64,000 nt of DNA from an uncultured Trueperaceae bacterium. GTDB lineage: Bacteria; Deinococcota; Deinococci; Deinococcales; Trueperaceae. The notes under the pieces were generated by a model, which ran no database searches, was not told the origin of the DNA, and saw nothing but the letters and a program-made list of their open reading frames with translations. How positions within the stretch are numbered: the stretch's first letter is position 1; each line of letters begins with the position of its first letter. The position numbers and the translations under genes are program-made. The stretch covers positions 170,480 to 234,479 of the forward strand of contig CAWCXJ010000005.1 of NCBI GenBank assembly GCA_963799485.1, written 5' to 3'. This document shows positions 39,993 to 49,638 of this stretch, piece after piece.

Positions 39993-40535
39993 TTACAAGC
40001 TTGACCGGAAACTTGATTGGGGACAGCTGAGCCGCCCACTAAGCTGCAAAGGTTGGCCCTGCGCGTCTACAAACGAAGCGTTGAAGGTGTAAACGCCCGG
40101 CGAAGTCGTCACCGCGCCGCTCAGCAGGGTGTAAGTTGCGCCGTCTATGTTTAGCGCCAGAGCGCTGTTCGAGCCGAGGGTGTAGAAGGTGCTGCTCGCT
40201 CCAGCCGGGGCGTCAAAGCGCATCGTAAGCGGGAATGCGGTCGTCTGCGTGCTTGCTACCTGAAATCCTGCAGCGCTGCACTGCACGGTCTGCAGCTCGT
40301 CAGGGCTCAAAGTAGCCGTACTTGCGACGACGCCGGAGAGGGCAAGCTCGAGCCCTGTTTCGGGTTCCATCGGGACTGCACTGTTCGGCTCTGGAAAAAT
40401 GGCCCAGGCTGTAGCGATAACGAGCATAAGCGCGAGAACGATACCTAAAGTGTTGGCAAGGTCTTCTTGTGAAGGCAGTTTGGGCCCCAGAAACCGGGAG
40501 CGGTGAGGGAATGGGCGGGTGTACGTGGCTTTCAT
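39993..40535 (-). CDS. Hypothetical membrane-anchored protein, divergent from LysR
   Basis: AGGAGG RBS; one TM segment; beta-rich C-terminus with two Cys; hairpin plus T-run downstream (~39945-39975). Confidence 0.65.
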   Translation of the reverse strand: MKATYTRPFPHRSRFLGPKLPSQEDLANTLGIVLALMLVIATAWAIFPEPNSAVPMEPETGLELALSGVVASTATLSPDELQTVQCSAAGFQVASTQTTAFPLTMRFDAPAGASSTFYTLGSNSALALNIDGATYTLLSGAVTTSPGVYTFNASFVDAQGQPLQLSGRLSCPQSSFRSSL

Positions 40536-40615
40536 AATCAGCCTCCTAATGTCCTCATTTTAGCGGGTACACAGCTTAAGTACAAAGCACTGTGGTGATA
40601 GATAAAGGGGGTTGT

Positions 40616-40630
40616 ATCGAAAATACTGAT
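40616..40630. promoter_or_regulatory. LysR-type recognition box ATC-N9-GAT
   Basis: ATCgaaaatactGAT in the divergent intergenic region. Confidence 0.55.
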
Positions 40631-40660
40631 AAATGATGTGCTTGCCGTTAGACTTATCAG

Positions 40661-41587
40661 ATGACGCTCTCGCAACTTCGCAATCTGCTGACGGTTTTAG
40701 AAACCGGCAGCTTCTCGGCGGCGGCCCTCGAGCTCGGCAGCGCGCAGTCGGCGGTCAGCTACGCAGTCGCTGAGCTGGAGCGTGAACTCGGCGTCAAGCT
40801 CTTGGAGCGTGGGCGTTTCGGGGCGCGCCCTACCCGCACCGGTGTCCGGGTAGCCGACCACGCCCGGCAGATGCTGGGTTTAGGTGACGCCATTCGCCAG
40901 GAAGCGAGCCTCGAGCGTGGTGTGCTCGAAGGCGTTTTACATGTCGCAACCTTCCGCAGCGTCGCCAGTCACATCTTGCCTAAAGCGATTGCCAGGCTCG
41001 CAAAACGTTATCCAAAATTACAGGTACAGCTTATCGAGTCCGACGGTGACGAGCCGGAACTCGAGCGCATCCTCTTCTCGCGGCGTGCCGACGTCGCCTT
41101 TTTGCAAACGCCTTTTCCCAAAGATGCGCTTGTCTGGGAGCTGCTTCACGACCCCTATATCGCGCTTTTGCCCAAAGACCACCCGCTGACCGGTAAAACC
41201 ATCAGCCGCACCGAGCTGTTAAAATCGCCCCTTGTCCTCTACGACAACGACGATAAGTGCGGCGTCATTGCCCAGCGGTATCTTAAAGCTGCCGCCTTGC
41301 CGCTACGGTCTGCGACCTACCATGTCCGCGAAGATTCGACAATTTTCAGCTTAGTCGAGCAGGGCTTGGGCGTCAGCGTGGTACCCGAACTGGCGTTTAA
41401 GGATTTGCCCGACAGCGTGGCGCGGGTGCCGCTCAGTGAGCCCTTAGAGCGTATCATCGGCGTCGCTATCTTGCCGCAAAGCCTCAAAGTACCTGCCGTG
41501 CGCGCCTTTTTGAGTGTGCTGAAAAAGCAGTTTCCCGAGAGCGGTTTGCCCGAACTAAAGACGTTTCTCGAGCCCGTTCATTCATAA
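40661..41587 (+). CDS. LysR family transcriptional regulator
   Basis: GSFSAAA.EL..AQSAVS..VAELERELGVKLLER HTH. Confidence 0.96.
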   Translation: MTLSQLRNLLTVLETGSFSAAALELGSAQSAVSYAVAELERELGVKLLERGRFGARPTRTGVRVADHARQMLGLGDAIRQEASLERGVLEGVLHVATFRSVASHILPKAIARLAKRYPKLQVQLIESDGDEPELERILFSRRADVAFLQTPFPKDALVWELLHDPYIALLPKDHPLTGKTISRTELLKSPLVLYDNDDKCGVIAQRYLKAAALPLRSATYHVREDSTIFSLVEQGLGVSVVPELAFKDLPDSVARVPLSEPLERIIGVAILPQSLKVPAVRAFLSVLKKQFPESGLPELKTFLEPVHS

Positions 41588-41754
41588 TCCTGCTTGCACA
41601 GTTCAAACTTTAATATCCTTGTTTTTTCTGCGCCAGACTTTTGAATCGCAGACTGTTTTACTTTTGCGCCTCGTATTCGGGGGCGTTTGGCCCCTTTGAC
41701 CTTTAAGGCGGGTGTATGGTGTCGGGTATACAGTAAAGGCTCGAGGAGGCATTG

Positions 41755-42672
41755 ATGACAACCCTAAACAGCAAAAACGAGACGCTGAACGGTGTTCTTG
41801 ACGGTCTCATGCGCCGCTATCAGGAGCGCGTTCCGGATGTTCAAAAAATCATCCAGGCGATGGTCGCAGATGAGCTTATCGGCGCGCCCAGAGATATCGA
41901 AAACGACCACATCGCCTTTCGCACGATGGGCGTGCCGCACTTGGGCGTCGCGTCGCTGGAAAAGATTTTCCTGCATCTAGGTTACGAACGCCGCGAGCCC
42001 TACACCTTTCCGGTCAAAAAACTCGACGCCTTCTGGTACAGCCCGCCTGAACCGCAGTTGCCGCGCATCTTTATCAGCGAGCTGCGCGTAGGTGAGCTGA
42101 GTGACGAGGCGCAGCGCACCATTCATTCCTACACGGATGAGGTAAGAAGCGACCCGGTAGACGCCCTCGACTTGGACAGCGCCGCGCAAATCGACGCCTT
42201 CTTGCACCGGGCGCTCTGGCATTTGCCGAGCTACGAGGACTTTCAGCGTTTGGCGAGCGAGAGCGAATATGCCGCGTGGGTGATTTACAACCGTTATTAC
42301 CTCAACCACTTCACCATCTCGGTACATAACCTGCCCGAAGGCTACGACACGGTAGAGGCGTTTAACACTTTTTTAGAGTCGCACGGCGTCAAGCTCAACG
42401 ATTCGGGCGGCAAGGCCAAAAAGAGTCCGGACGGCCTGCTCATTCAAAGCTCGACGGTTGCCGAGATGATCCCCGCGACCTTCGCAGGCGGCGACACCCA
42501 CAAGATTTCAGGTTCATATGTCGAGTTTGCCGAACGCCGCGCCTTGCCCGAACATCAAGGCAAGCCCAAAGCCGAGCTGAAACGTTCGGAGCGCCGTGAA
42601 GGGTTTGAAGCCGGAAACGCCGACAAGATTTTTGAAAGCACCTACACCACGCAAACAGGGCGGGGCAGCTAG
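41755..42672 (+). CDS. DUF1338 family protein (2-oxoadipate dioxygenase/decarboxylase-like)
   Basis: NDHIAFRT, PRIFISEL, ESEYAAW, NHFT, SYVEFAER and GFEAGNADKIFEST motifs. Confidence 0.85.
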   Translation: MTTLNSKNETLNGVLDGLMRRYQERVPDVQKIIQAMVADELIGAPRDIENDHIAFRTMGVPHLGVASLEKIFLHLGYERREPYTFPVKKLDAFWYSPPEPQLPRIFISELRVGELSDEAQRTIHSYTDEVRSDPVDALDLDSAAQIDAFLHRALWHLPSYEDFQRLASESEYAAWVIYNRYYLNHFTISVHNLPEGYDTVEAFNTFLESHGVKLNDSGGKAKKSPDGLLIQSSTVAEMIPATFAGGDTHKISGSYVEFAERRALPEHQGKPKAELKRSERREGFEAGNADKIFESTYTTQTGRGS

Positions 42673-42709
42673 CGTTTACGCGGCCCCGACAAAACCTACG
42701 CGTTGCGGG

Positions 42710-44848
42710 TTACGACTCGTAAAACAGCCTGTTCTGCTCGGCTTGTTCCTCTAGCAGTGTTGCCGGGGTAAAGCGTGGGCCGTGCTGGTGCCCCAGCCCC
42801 CGCAGCTTCTCGAGCAAAACGCGCGCGCCTAATGTGTCGGTGTACCAGAACGGCCCCCCCAAAAAGGGCGGAAAGCCGAGCCCAAAGACCGCGCCCACGT
42901 CGCCGTCTCTGGCGGAGCGCAAGACGCCTTCCTCGAGACACAACACCGCTTCATTGACCATAATCAGCCCGAGGCGCTCGTAAATCTCCTGTTTGGGCGC
43001 GTCCCGGGTTTTGTTCCCGATGAGGCGCGTCAGCTCTTCGTTAACCTCCTTGTCGCCCTTTTTGCCTTTACCTGCGCCCTCGCCGTAAACATAAAACCCT
43101 TTGCCGTTTTTACGCCCCAAAAAGCCCGCCTCGACGAGCGCTTCGCCCTGCGTACTGAGGGTAATCCCGCGCGCGGCGAACGGCTCTTTTAAGACCTTGT
43201 TGATTTTCGCGCCCACGTCGATGCCGACTTCGTCTAAAAGCGTAAGCGGCCCGACCGGAAAGCCGAAGTCACGCATGGCCCGGTCAATCTCGCGGACGCC
43301 GACGCCCTCACCGAGCATCACCAGCGCCTCGTTCATGTACAAGGATAAAATCCGCGTCGTGTAAAATCCCGGCGCGTCACCGACGATAATCGGCGTTTTA
43401 CCCTGCGCTCGGCCCGCCGTAAATGCAGTTGCCAGGACCCAGTCGGGGTTTTTGTCGGTAGCGACGATTTCCAGAAGCGGCAGTTTGGGAACGGGGGAGA
43501 AGTAGTGCATCCCGACGACCTGTTCCGGACGTTTTGACGCGCTCGCAATCTCGTGAATGGGAATCGACGAGGTATTCGACGCAAACACCAGATCTTTTTT
43601 GGCAATAGCCTCAACGTCACGTACAACCTGCTGTTTGAGCTCTACGTCTTCCAACACAGCCTCGATAACCAGGTCAACCTCTGCCAGCGCCGCGTAGTCT
43701 TCAACAGGTTCAATCCGCGCGTCGATAAGGTCGCGTTCAAAACTGCTCCGGCCTTTGCCGACGCGTTTGGTCAGGTCTTTCCAGACGGCCCCTTTACCCT
43801 TGGCGGCAATGGCGAGCGTCCGGTCTTTGAGCATGACCTGATGCCCGCCCTCGGCGCTCACTTGCGCGATGCCCGAGCCCATCAGTCCGGCCCCTAAAAC
43901 CCCGACGGTGTGAACGTCTTTCGCCTCTCCCGGGTACGGGTTTTTCTCGCTGGCGTTTTTGGCAAAGAAGAGGTGGACGAGCGCTTTGGACTCCCGCGTA
44001 AAGACCAACTCGGCAAAGTTGCGCGCTTCAGCCTCGAGTCCCGCTTTCATCCCCTGCTCTTGCCCGGTGCGAATCGTCTCGATGATTTTGGCGGGGGCGG
44101 GGTAGTTGCCGCGCGTTTTTTTCTGCACACTCTCTTCGGCTTGGTTGTAGACGACGCGGCTCAGCGGGGTGCGCTCCAAGACGGCGCTCGTCACCCGGCT
44201 CCGCAGGTCGCGTTTGGGTTCACGGCGCTCCAGCGTTCCGGCAGCCAAACCCCTGGCCGCCATTTTGCCCGCCTCCAGCAGACCTTGCGGATGAATGAGC
44301 GCGTCTACCAAGCCCATTTTGAGCGCAGGTTTGGCATAGATGGACTTTCCGGTTAAAGCCATCTCTAAACCCTGTTGCAAACCGACGAGCCGGGGCAGCC
44401 GCTGCGTCCCGCCGAGCCCCGGCAAAAGACCCAGGTTGACTTCAGGCAGCGCAAACTTGGTCTTCGGGTGCTGCGTTGCGACGCGGTAGTGACACGCCAG
44501 GATGAGTTCCAAACCGCCCCCGACGGCGGCCCCGTGAACGGCGGCGACGACGGGTTTAGGGAAGGTCTCGAGCCGCCCCAAGAGCGCGTGCCCCTCACGA
44601 ATCAGCGCCGTAACCTGCGTCGGCGACTCGAAGGTCGAAAATTCCTTGATGTCCGCGCCGACCACGAACGAGTCTGTTTTACGGCTGATGAGAACGGCGC
44701 TTTTTACGGCAGCGTCGCGTTCAATGGTGTCTAAAACCTCACCGAATTCACGTAACGCGGCGGTCTCCAACGTATTGACCCGGCTGCCCTGCTGGTCGAA
44801 AAAAATGATAGCTACATCATCTGCGGACTCTATCTCGAAAAAAGTCAT
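42710..44848 (-). CDS. fadJ: Fatty acid oxidation complex alpha subunit (enoyl-CoA hydratase / 3-hydroxyacyl-CoA dehydrogenase)
   Basis: GADI, GGGLE, LPEVNLGLLPG, GAGLMG, SNTS and GMHYFSP motifs. Confidence 0.9.
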   Translation of the reverse strand: MTFFEIESADDVAIIFFDQQGSRVNTLETAALREFGEVLDTIERDAAVKSAVLISRKTDSFVVGADIKEFSTFESPTQVTALIREGHALLGRLETFPKPVVAAVHGAAVGGGLELILACHYRVATQHPKTKFALPEVNLGLLPGLGGTQRLPRLVGLQQGLEMALTGKSIYAKPALKMGLVDALIHPQGLLEAGKMAARGLAAGTLERREPKRDLRSRVTSAVLERTPLSRVVYNQAEESVQKKTRGNYPAPAKIIETIRTGQEQGMKAGLEAEARNFAELVFTRESKALVHLFFAKNASEKNPYPGEAKDVHTVGVLGAGLMGSGIAQVSAEGGHQVMLKDRTLAIAAKGKGAVWKDLTKRVGKGRSSFERDLIDARIEPVEDYAALAEVDLVIEAVLEDVELKQQVVRDVEAIAKKDLVFASNTSSIPIHEIASASKRPEQVVGMHYFSPVPKLPLLEIVATDKNPDWVLATAFTAGRAQGKTPIIVGDAPGFYTTRILSLYMNEALVMLGEGVGVREIDRAMRDFGFPVGPLTLLDEVGIDVGAKINKVLKEPFAARGITLSTQGEALVEAGFLGRKNGKGFYVYGEGAGKGKKGDKEVNEELTRLIGNKTRDAPKQEIYERLGLIMVNEAVLCLEEGVLRSARDGDVGAVFGLGFPPFLGGPFWYTDTLGARVLLEKLRGLGHQHGPRFTPATLLEEQAEQNRLFYES

Positions 44849-46137
44849 GACGCGTCCCCCAGGCGTTCGACGAGCATCGCGTGACCGAGCCCGCCGGCGG
44901 CGCAGGCCGTGACGAGCGCCAAGGTACCGTCCTCGTCGTGAAGACGGTGGGCCGCCATCGTTAACAGGCGGGTGCCGGTTGCGCCGAACGGGTGTCCGAG
45001 TGAGAGCGAGCCGCCCCAGGTATTGAGTTTGTCCATGTCTACGTTTCCAACGCGGCTGTCTCGGTTGAGCCGTTTTTTGGCGAAAGTGTCGGACTCTATA
45101 GCCCGCAAAACTGCCAACACCTGACCGGCAAACGCCTCATGCAGTTCAATCACGTCGATATCGCCGAGCGTTATGCCTGCCCGGTCCAGAACTCGAGGCG
45201 TCGCGTAGGCCGGGCCTAACAGCAATTCTTCGCCGGGGTCTTGGGCGACGAAGGTGTACGCGCCGAGCCGTGCCAGCGGCTTGAAGCCGTGCGCTTTAGC
45301 GGCCTCTTCTTCCATCAAGAGGACTGCCGACGCGCCGTCGGTCAGGGGTGACGCGTTGCCTGCTGTCACGGTGCCGAACGGTTTGACGAACACCGGTTTT
45401 AACGACGCGAGTTTTTCGGGGCTCGAGTCCGCCCGAATCGTGTTATCCCGTTCCAACAGGTCGAACTTGGGTGGGACGGCAGTCGGCATTACGCCCTTAA
45501 GCTTGCCCGCTTCCGCCGCTTGTGCCGCGAACTGGTGCGAGCGCAGCGCGTAGGCGTCTTGTTCTTCGCGTGACACGTCAAACGCCGCCGCAAGCTTGTC
45601 GGCACTTTCGCCCATCGTTTCACCGGTCGAGTATTCCGCGACTTTGGGTGCTTTCGGCAACAGCTCGGACGGCGACAAGCCCTGCAGGAGTTTGCGGTAC
45701 TCCAAAGCCGAGCCGTAACGTTGCGATTCGTAGAGGCGTTTGCGAACCTCTAAAGGAAACTGCGGCGGCGTATCGGACAAGACCTCGACGCCTCCGGCAA
45801 TCGCCACGTCGGTTTGACCCGAACGGATGGCTTCGGCGGCGCTCACGACCGCTTGATTGGCAGAAATACACGCCATCGTCACAGAATGGGCGGGCGTCTT
45901 GTGCGAGAAACCTGCGCCTAAAGAGGCGTCACGCGCGACGTTGCTCGTCGAAACGTTCTGCACGACGTTGCCCATCACCACGAGACCGACGTCTTCGGGT
46001 GCTAATCCGGTCTCGTCTAATATGCCGCGTAGCGCCAGCCGCGCCAAATCATACGAGGTGAGCCCCAGATAGTCCGTTCCGGAACGGCGGAACGGCGTGC
46101 GGACGCCCTCGACCAATACAACCTTGCGCTCAGTCAT
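44845..46137 (-). CDS. fadI: Acetyl-CoA C-acyltransferase (thiolase), beta subunit
   Basis: MACISA, HEAFA, GHPFGATG and CAAGG motifs. Confidence 0.9.
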   Translation of the reverse strand: MTERKVVLVEGVRTPFRRSGTDYLGLTSYDLARLALRGILDETGLAPEDVGLVVMGNVVQNVSTSNVARDASLGAGFSHKTPAHSVTMACISANQAVVSAAEAIRSGQTDVAIAGGVEVLSDTPPQFPLEVRKRLYESQRYGSALEYRKLLQGLSPSELLPKAPKVAEYSTGETMGESADKLAAAFDVSREEQDAYALRSHQFAAQAAEAGKLKGVMPTAVPPKFDLLERDNTIRADSSPEKLASLKPVFVKPFGTVTAGNASPLTDGASAVLLMEEEAAKAHGFKPLARLGAYTFVAQDPGEELLLGPAYATPRVLDRAGITLGDIDVIELHEAFAGQVLAVLRAIESDTFAKKRLNRDSRVGNVDMDKLNTWGGSLSLGHPFGATGTRLLTMAAHRLHDEDGTLALVTACAAGGLGHAMLVERLGDAS

Positions 46138-46201
46138 ACTCTACTTTACTCGGTCGGCTGTGAGTAAACCGTTGGTTACTCGAGGTTTACCCGATTATGG
46201 C

Positions 46202-46785
46202 CTACCTGCCGTTTTCGACCCGCACCTCGTTTTCACCCAAATAGGTGACGGCTGCCAGTGAGACAACGGGAACCCCCAACGCCCCCAGCGCCTCACGACC
46301 CGCTTCAAAGGTTTTTTCAATGACGCGACCGACGCCAGCAAGCTCGGCTCCGCAGCGGCGAATCAATTCGGCGAGCGCCAAAATGGTTCCGCCTGAGGCC
46401 AAAAAGTCGTCGATAAGCAGCACCTTGTCGCCTGCCCCGACGTATTCCGGTGAGCGGTAAAGTGGGGTGACGCCGCCTTGGTACGACTCGGCGCGTGTCC
46501 GGCGAGCGCGTCGGGCATCGTGAGGGGACGTTTTTTACGGGCGTAGACCACAGGAGCCTTCGGCGCGACGCCGGTCGCAAATGCCGGCGCGATACCGCTC
46601 ACTTCGGCGGTGACGATTTTACTTATGTTCGTTATACCCGGTGCCGCAAAACGCTTGGCGAACGCGTGACCTAGCTCGAGGGTCAGGTCGGGCTCGAGTC
46701 GGCGGTTGATAAAACCATCGACTTTCAAGATACCGCCGCCCAAGCTGATACCTTCGGCGGCGATGCGGGCGACTAAACGTTTCAT
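46202..46785 (-). pseudogene. xpt: Xanthine phosphoribosyltransferase, frameshifted near 46477
   Basis: ILKVDGFIN, TAEVSGIAPA and YARKK, then IDDFLASG and IEKTF in a second frame. Confidence 0.85.
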
Positions 46786-47063
46786 ATACCACCCAGCGTA
46801 ACGGTTTTGCGTCCATTACAAAGATGTTCGGCAATATCTCGGTAAGTTCGAGTCTCACACCCTGCTGCAACGGCTTGCCGGGTTAAAGCCGCGCCGCATA
46901 TCGTCTATGGTTTACATACTTGCAAAATAAAGCGACAAAGAAAACCGTAACGGAAAAGCCATACAAGTTGCATTTTTTTCTGCAAAACACGTAAACTCAA
47001 TGAACTTAACCGCCGGGTAGCACTTTTTGAAAGGCTGTGATAGCATTGTGTCGGGTCGGACAG

Positions 47064-47091
47064 TTGACCGGGCGTCTATACCCGGTATACT
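47064..47091 (+). promoter_or_regulatory. Promoter TTGACC-16-TATACT with internal inverted repeats
   Basis: accggg...cccggt arms and a tatacc-c-ggtata palindrome over the spacer and -10. Confidence 0.55.
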
Positions 47092-47192
47092 ACCTCCGGT
47101 CACACGGACGGTGCTCTACCGCGCATACGTGTTCTGTCCGTCTAATCTAACCCGGTACTGCGCGAATTTACCTTCCAATAGGGGGAAACACG

Positions 47193-47318
47193 ATGAAAAA
47201 ACTAGCTCTTCTTCTGTCAATCGGTGCGCTTCTTGCTTTCGGCGTAGCCCAAATCATGTCCGGCGGCATGATGTCCGGCGGTCTGATGTCCGGCGGCCTG
47301 ATGTCCGGTGGGATGTAA
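47193..47318 (+). CDS. 41-aa secreted Met/Gly-rich peptide with four xMSGG repeats
   Basis: AGGGGGA RBS; MKKLALLLSIGALLAFGVA-QIMSGGMMSGGLMSGGLMSGGM*; own promoter and terminator. Confidence 0.8.
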   Translation: MKKLALLLSIGALLAFGVAQIMSGGMMSGGLMSGGLMSGGM

Positions 47319-47345
47319 GCTTACTCGTTAAGCGTACATACTACG

Positions 47346-47372
47346 AGCACCGGGTTTCCTGGTGCTTTTCTC
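47346..47372 (+). terminator. Intrinsic terminator after the peptide gene
   Basis: agcaccggg-ttt-cctggtgct followed by a T-rich tract. Confidence 0.7.
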
Positions 47373-47576
47373 TTGCCCTGACCTTTTAGGCCAAACTGTG
47401 TAACAAGACTGTTCAAAGTAGGAACTTTGTTGTTATTTCATAAAGAAGCGTCTCTTCGAGACATTTTCGTCTGTTCTTCAGCTGAAAGCTGCGATTCTTA
47501 AGCTTAGTCTTTGCTGTCATCAGTGCAAGACGTGATACGTTAGGCGGGTTCTTAGGAAGCACGGATAAGTAAGGGG

Positions 47577-47798
47577 TTGGTTGCTGTCAAGTTTGACCTC
47601 TCGGATTTAGGATTTGTTTATACGACACTTTTTGCGCTCTCGTTAGTACTCATCAACCCTTGGGGCGTCCCCTTCGGCGGTATCTGGACGACGCCCAAGG
47701 TTTACGTCGTTATCCTTTTGGCGCTGCTGACCTGGAGCGTGCTCCTCGTTCAAGGCGCGCGCGGCTTGTGGACATGTCGGGCGGCGACTTCTAACTAA
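47577..47798 (+). pseudogene. Truncated membrane-protein fragment (possibly an O-antigen-ligase-like N-terminus)
   Basis: Two TM segments around INPWG..GGIWTTPKV, ending abruptly at a 14-bp tandem repeat (47800-47827). Confidence 0.35.
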
Positions 47799-47903
47799 GC
47801 TTTAGGCTAAAGCCTTTAGGCTAAAGCAGCATTTGTTGGCGAGGCGCTACGGAAATAGCGCCTCTTTTATTTTTGACGAGGAAGCAGCAGTGGAGGTAGT
47901 ACG

Positions 47904-48464
47904 GTGCCAAGTGGACGCGCTCACGAATCGATCAACCTGCTCGTTTACGGGTTGGGAGCGGTGGCTTACGCTTACGCACGGCAAGGGGGGCTCACAAGAG
48001 AGTTCGATACCCTGCTTGCACCCGAGACGCTTAAGACGTTTAGCTTGAGTTATTTTATCGGTACATTTTTGGTAACGCCCGACCTCGACCTGGCTGAAAA
48101 CCGGATGCAAGCGCGTAACAACTGGGGGCTTTTAGGGATGCTCTGGATTCCTTACGGCGCGCTGTTTAGCCACCGTGGGCTGTCCCACACCTGGATTGTC
48201 GGGCCGCTAACTCGTCTGCTCTATCTCGCGTTTCTCGGTTTGGCGCTTTCATGGGCTGCCGCGCAGGTAGGGCCATATTTCGGCTACAGCTTTTCGTTTA
48301 AGGCCGAACTCGGTCAAAACTGGCCTGAACTTGCTGTCGGCGCGTTGGCAGGTTACTACGCTTCGCAGTGGTTGCATCTGCTTGCCGACGGGATTCGTCC
48401 CGACCACGGGTCTCGCAAACGCAGTGGCACGACCAAACGTTCGTCAAAACGTGTCGGGCGTTAG
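47904..48464 (+). CDS. Metal-binding membrane protein (DUF2227-like)
   Basis: MPSGRAH, PDLD, W.PY...FSHRGLSH and WLHLLAD motifs. Confidence 0.85.
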   Translation: MPSGRAHESINLLVYGLGAVAYAYARQGGLTREFDTLLAPETLKTFSLSYFIGTFLVTPDLDLAENRMQARNNWGLLGMLWIPYGALFSHRGLSHTWIVGPLTRLLYLAFLGLALSWAAAQVGPYFGYSFSFKAELGQNWPELAVGALAGYYASQWLHLLADGIRPDHGSRKRSGTTKRSSKRVGR

Positions 48465-48531
48465 GCCGAGAGGCAATTTTCAGACAAGTTCGCTGTGGTA
48501 TCTTACGCCATGAACTCATAGGAGGGTATAC

Positions 48532-49638
48532 ATGGCCAAAGTTAAGCTCACAACCCTGTTGACGCTTGTACTTTTCTACATAGCACCTAGCCTGGCGGCG
48601 GCGCAGACCGCCCCTGAAACGTCCCCGCAAACATCATGGACGTGCCCGGAAGGGTTTTCAGGACAAACGCTCAACGTCTACAACTGGACGACTTATATCG
48701 CCGAAGACACCATCGCCAACTTCGAGGCTTTGTGCGGCGTCCAAGTGACCTATGACACCTACCCGAGCGCCGAGGATATGCTCTCGCGTATTCGTCAGGG
48801 AAACCCCGGTTACGATATCGTGGTTCCAAGCGACGTCGTAACCTATCCGATGATTGCCGAAGGGTTGCTGGAGCCCCTCGACAAAGCCAAGATTCCCAAC
48901 TTTGCCAATCTCAACGAGACGCTTTTAGATTTACCCTTCGACCCCGGCAACCAGTACACCGTGCCGTATCAGTGGGGGACGGTCGGCATTGGCTACAACC
49001 AAACCAATGTCGGCGCTGAAGTGACGGGTTGGAGCGACCTGTTCTCTTACGGCGGGCCGGTGGCGTGGCTCGAGGACGTTCGCGGCATGATGGGTACCGC
49101 CTTGGTGATGCTCGGCTTGGATCCTAATACCCGCGACCCCGAAGAGATCGCCCAGGCCCGTGATTACCTTATCGAAAACGGTAACAACGTCGTTTATATC
49201 GCACAAGACGACGGACAAGAGGTGCTGCTGCGCGGCGAGGCCGATATGGTCATCGAGTATTCCGGCGACATCTTTCAGATTATGGACGAGTGCGGCTGTG
49301 ACGACTACGCCTATGTGATTCCCGAGGAGGGCGCGTACTTTTGGGTCGATAACGTAGCGGTTCCGGTCGGCGCGCCCAACAAGGCGCTCGCCGAGGTCTT
49401 TATCGACTATTTGCTCGACCCGGCTGTCGGCGCGGATATCTCGAACTACACCGCGTACGGCTCGCCGAACCAGGCCGCCATCGACCAGGGGCTTATCGAC
49501 CAGGCGCTGTTGGACGACCCCGCTATCTATCCGCCTGCAGCGGTCGAAGAACGCCTCTACTCGATTGTCAACGACCCCGAGATGGAGCAGCTCTATAACG
49601 ACGCCTGGGACGAAGTGAAGATTTACGTCGGCGGCTAA
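48532..49638 (+). CDS. potD: Spermidine/putrescine ABC transporter substrate-binding protein
   Basis: LNVYNWTTYI, GYDIVVPSD, VPYQWGTVGIGYN and PEEGA.FWVDN motifs. Confidence 0.9.
   Translation: MAKVKLTTLLTLVLFYIAPSLAAAQTAPETSPQTSWTCPEGFSGQTLNVYNWTTYIAEDTIANFEALCGVQVTYDTYPSAEDMLSRIRQGNPGYDIVVPSDVVTYPMIAEGLLEPLDKAKIPNFANLNETLLDLPFDPGNQYTVPYQWGTVGIGYNQTNVGAEVTGWSDLFSYGGPVAWLEDVRGMMGTALVMLGLDPNTRDPEEIAQARDYLIENGNNVVYIAQDDGQEVLLRGEADMVIEYSGDIFQIMDECGCDDYAYVIPEEGAYFWVDNVAVPVGAPNKALAEVFIDYLLDPAVGADISNYTAYGSPNQAAIDQGLIDQALLDDPAIYPPAAVEERLYSIVNDPEMEQLYNDAWDEVKIYVGG

Noticed and set aside
47256..47315. 15-bp atgtccggcgg repeats as a non-coding repeat or CRISPR
   Set aside because: They are in-frame codons of the secreted peptide.
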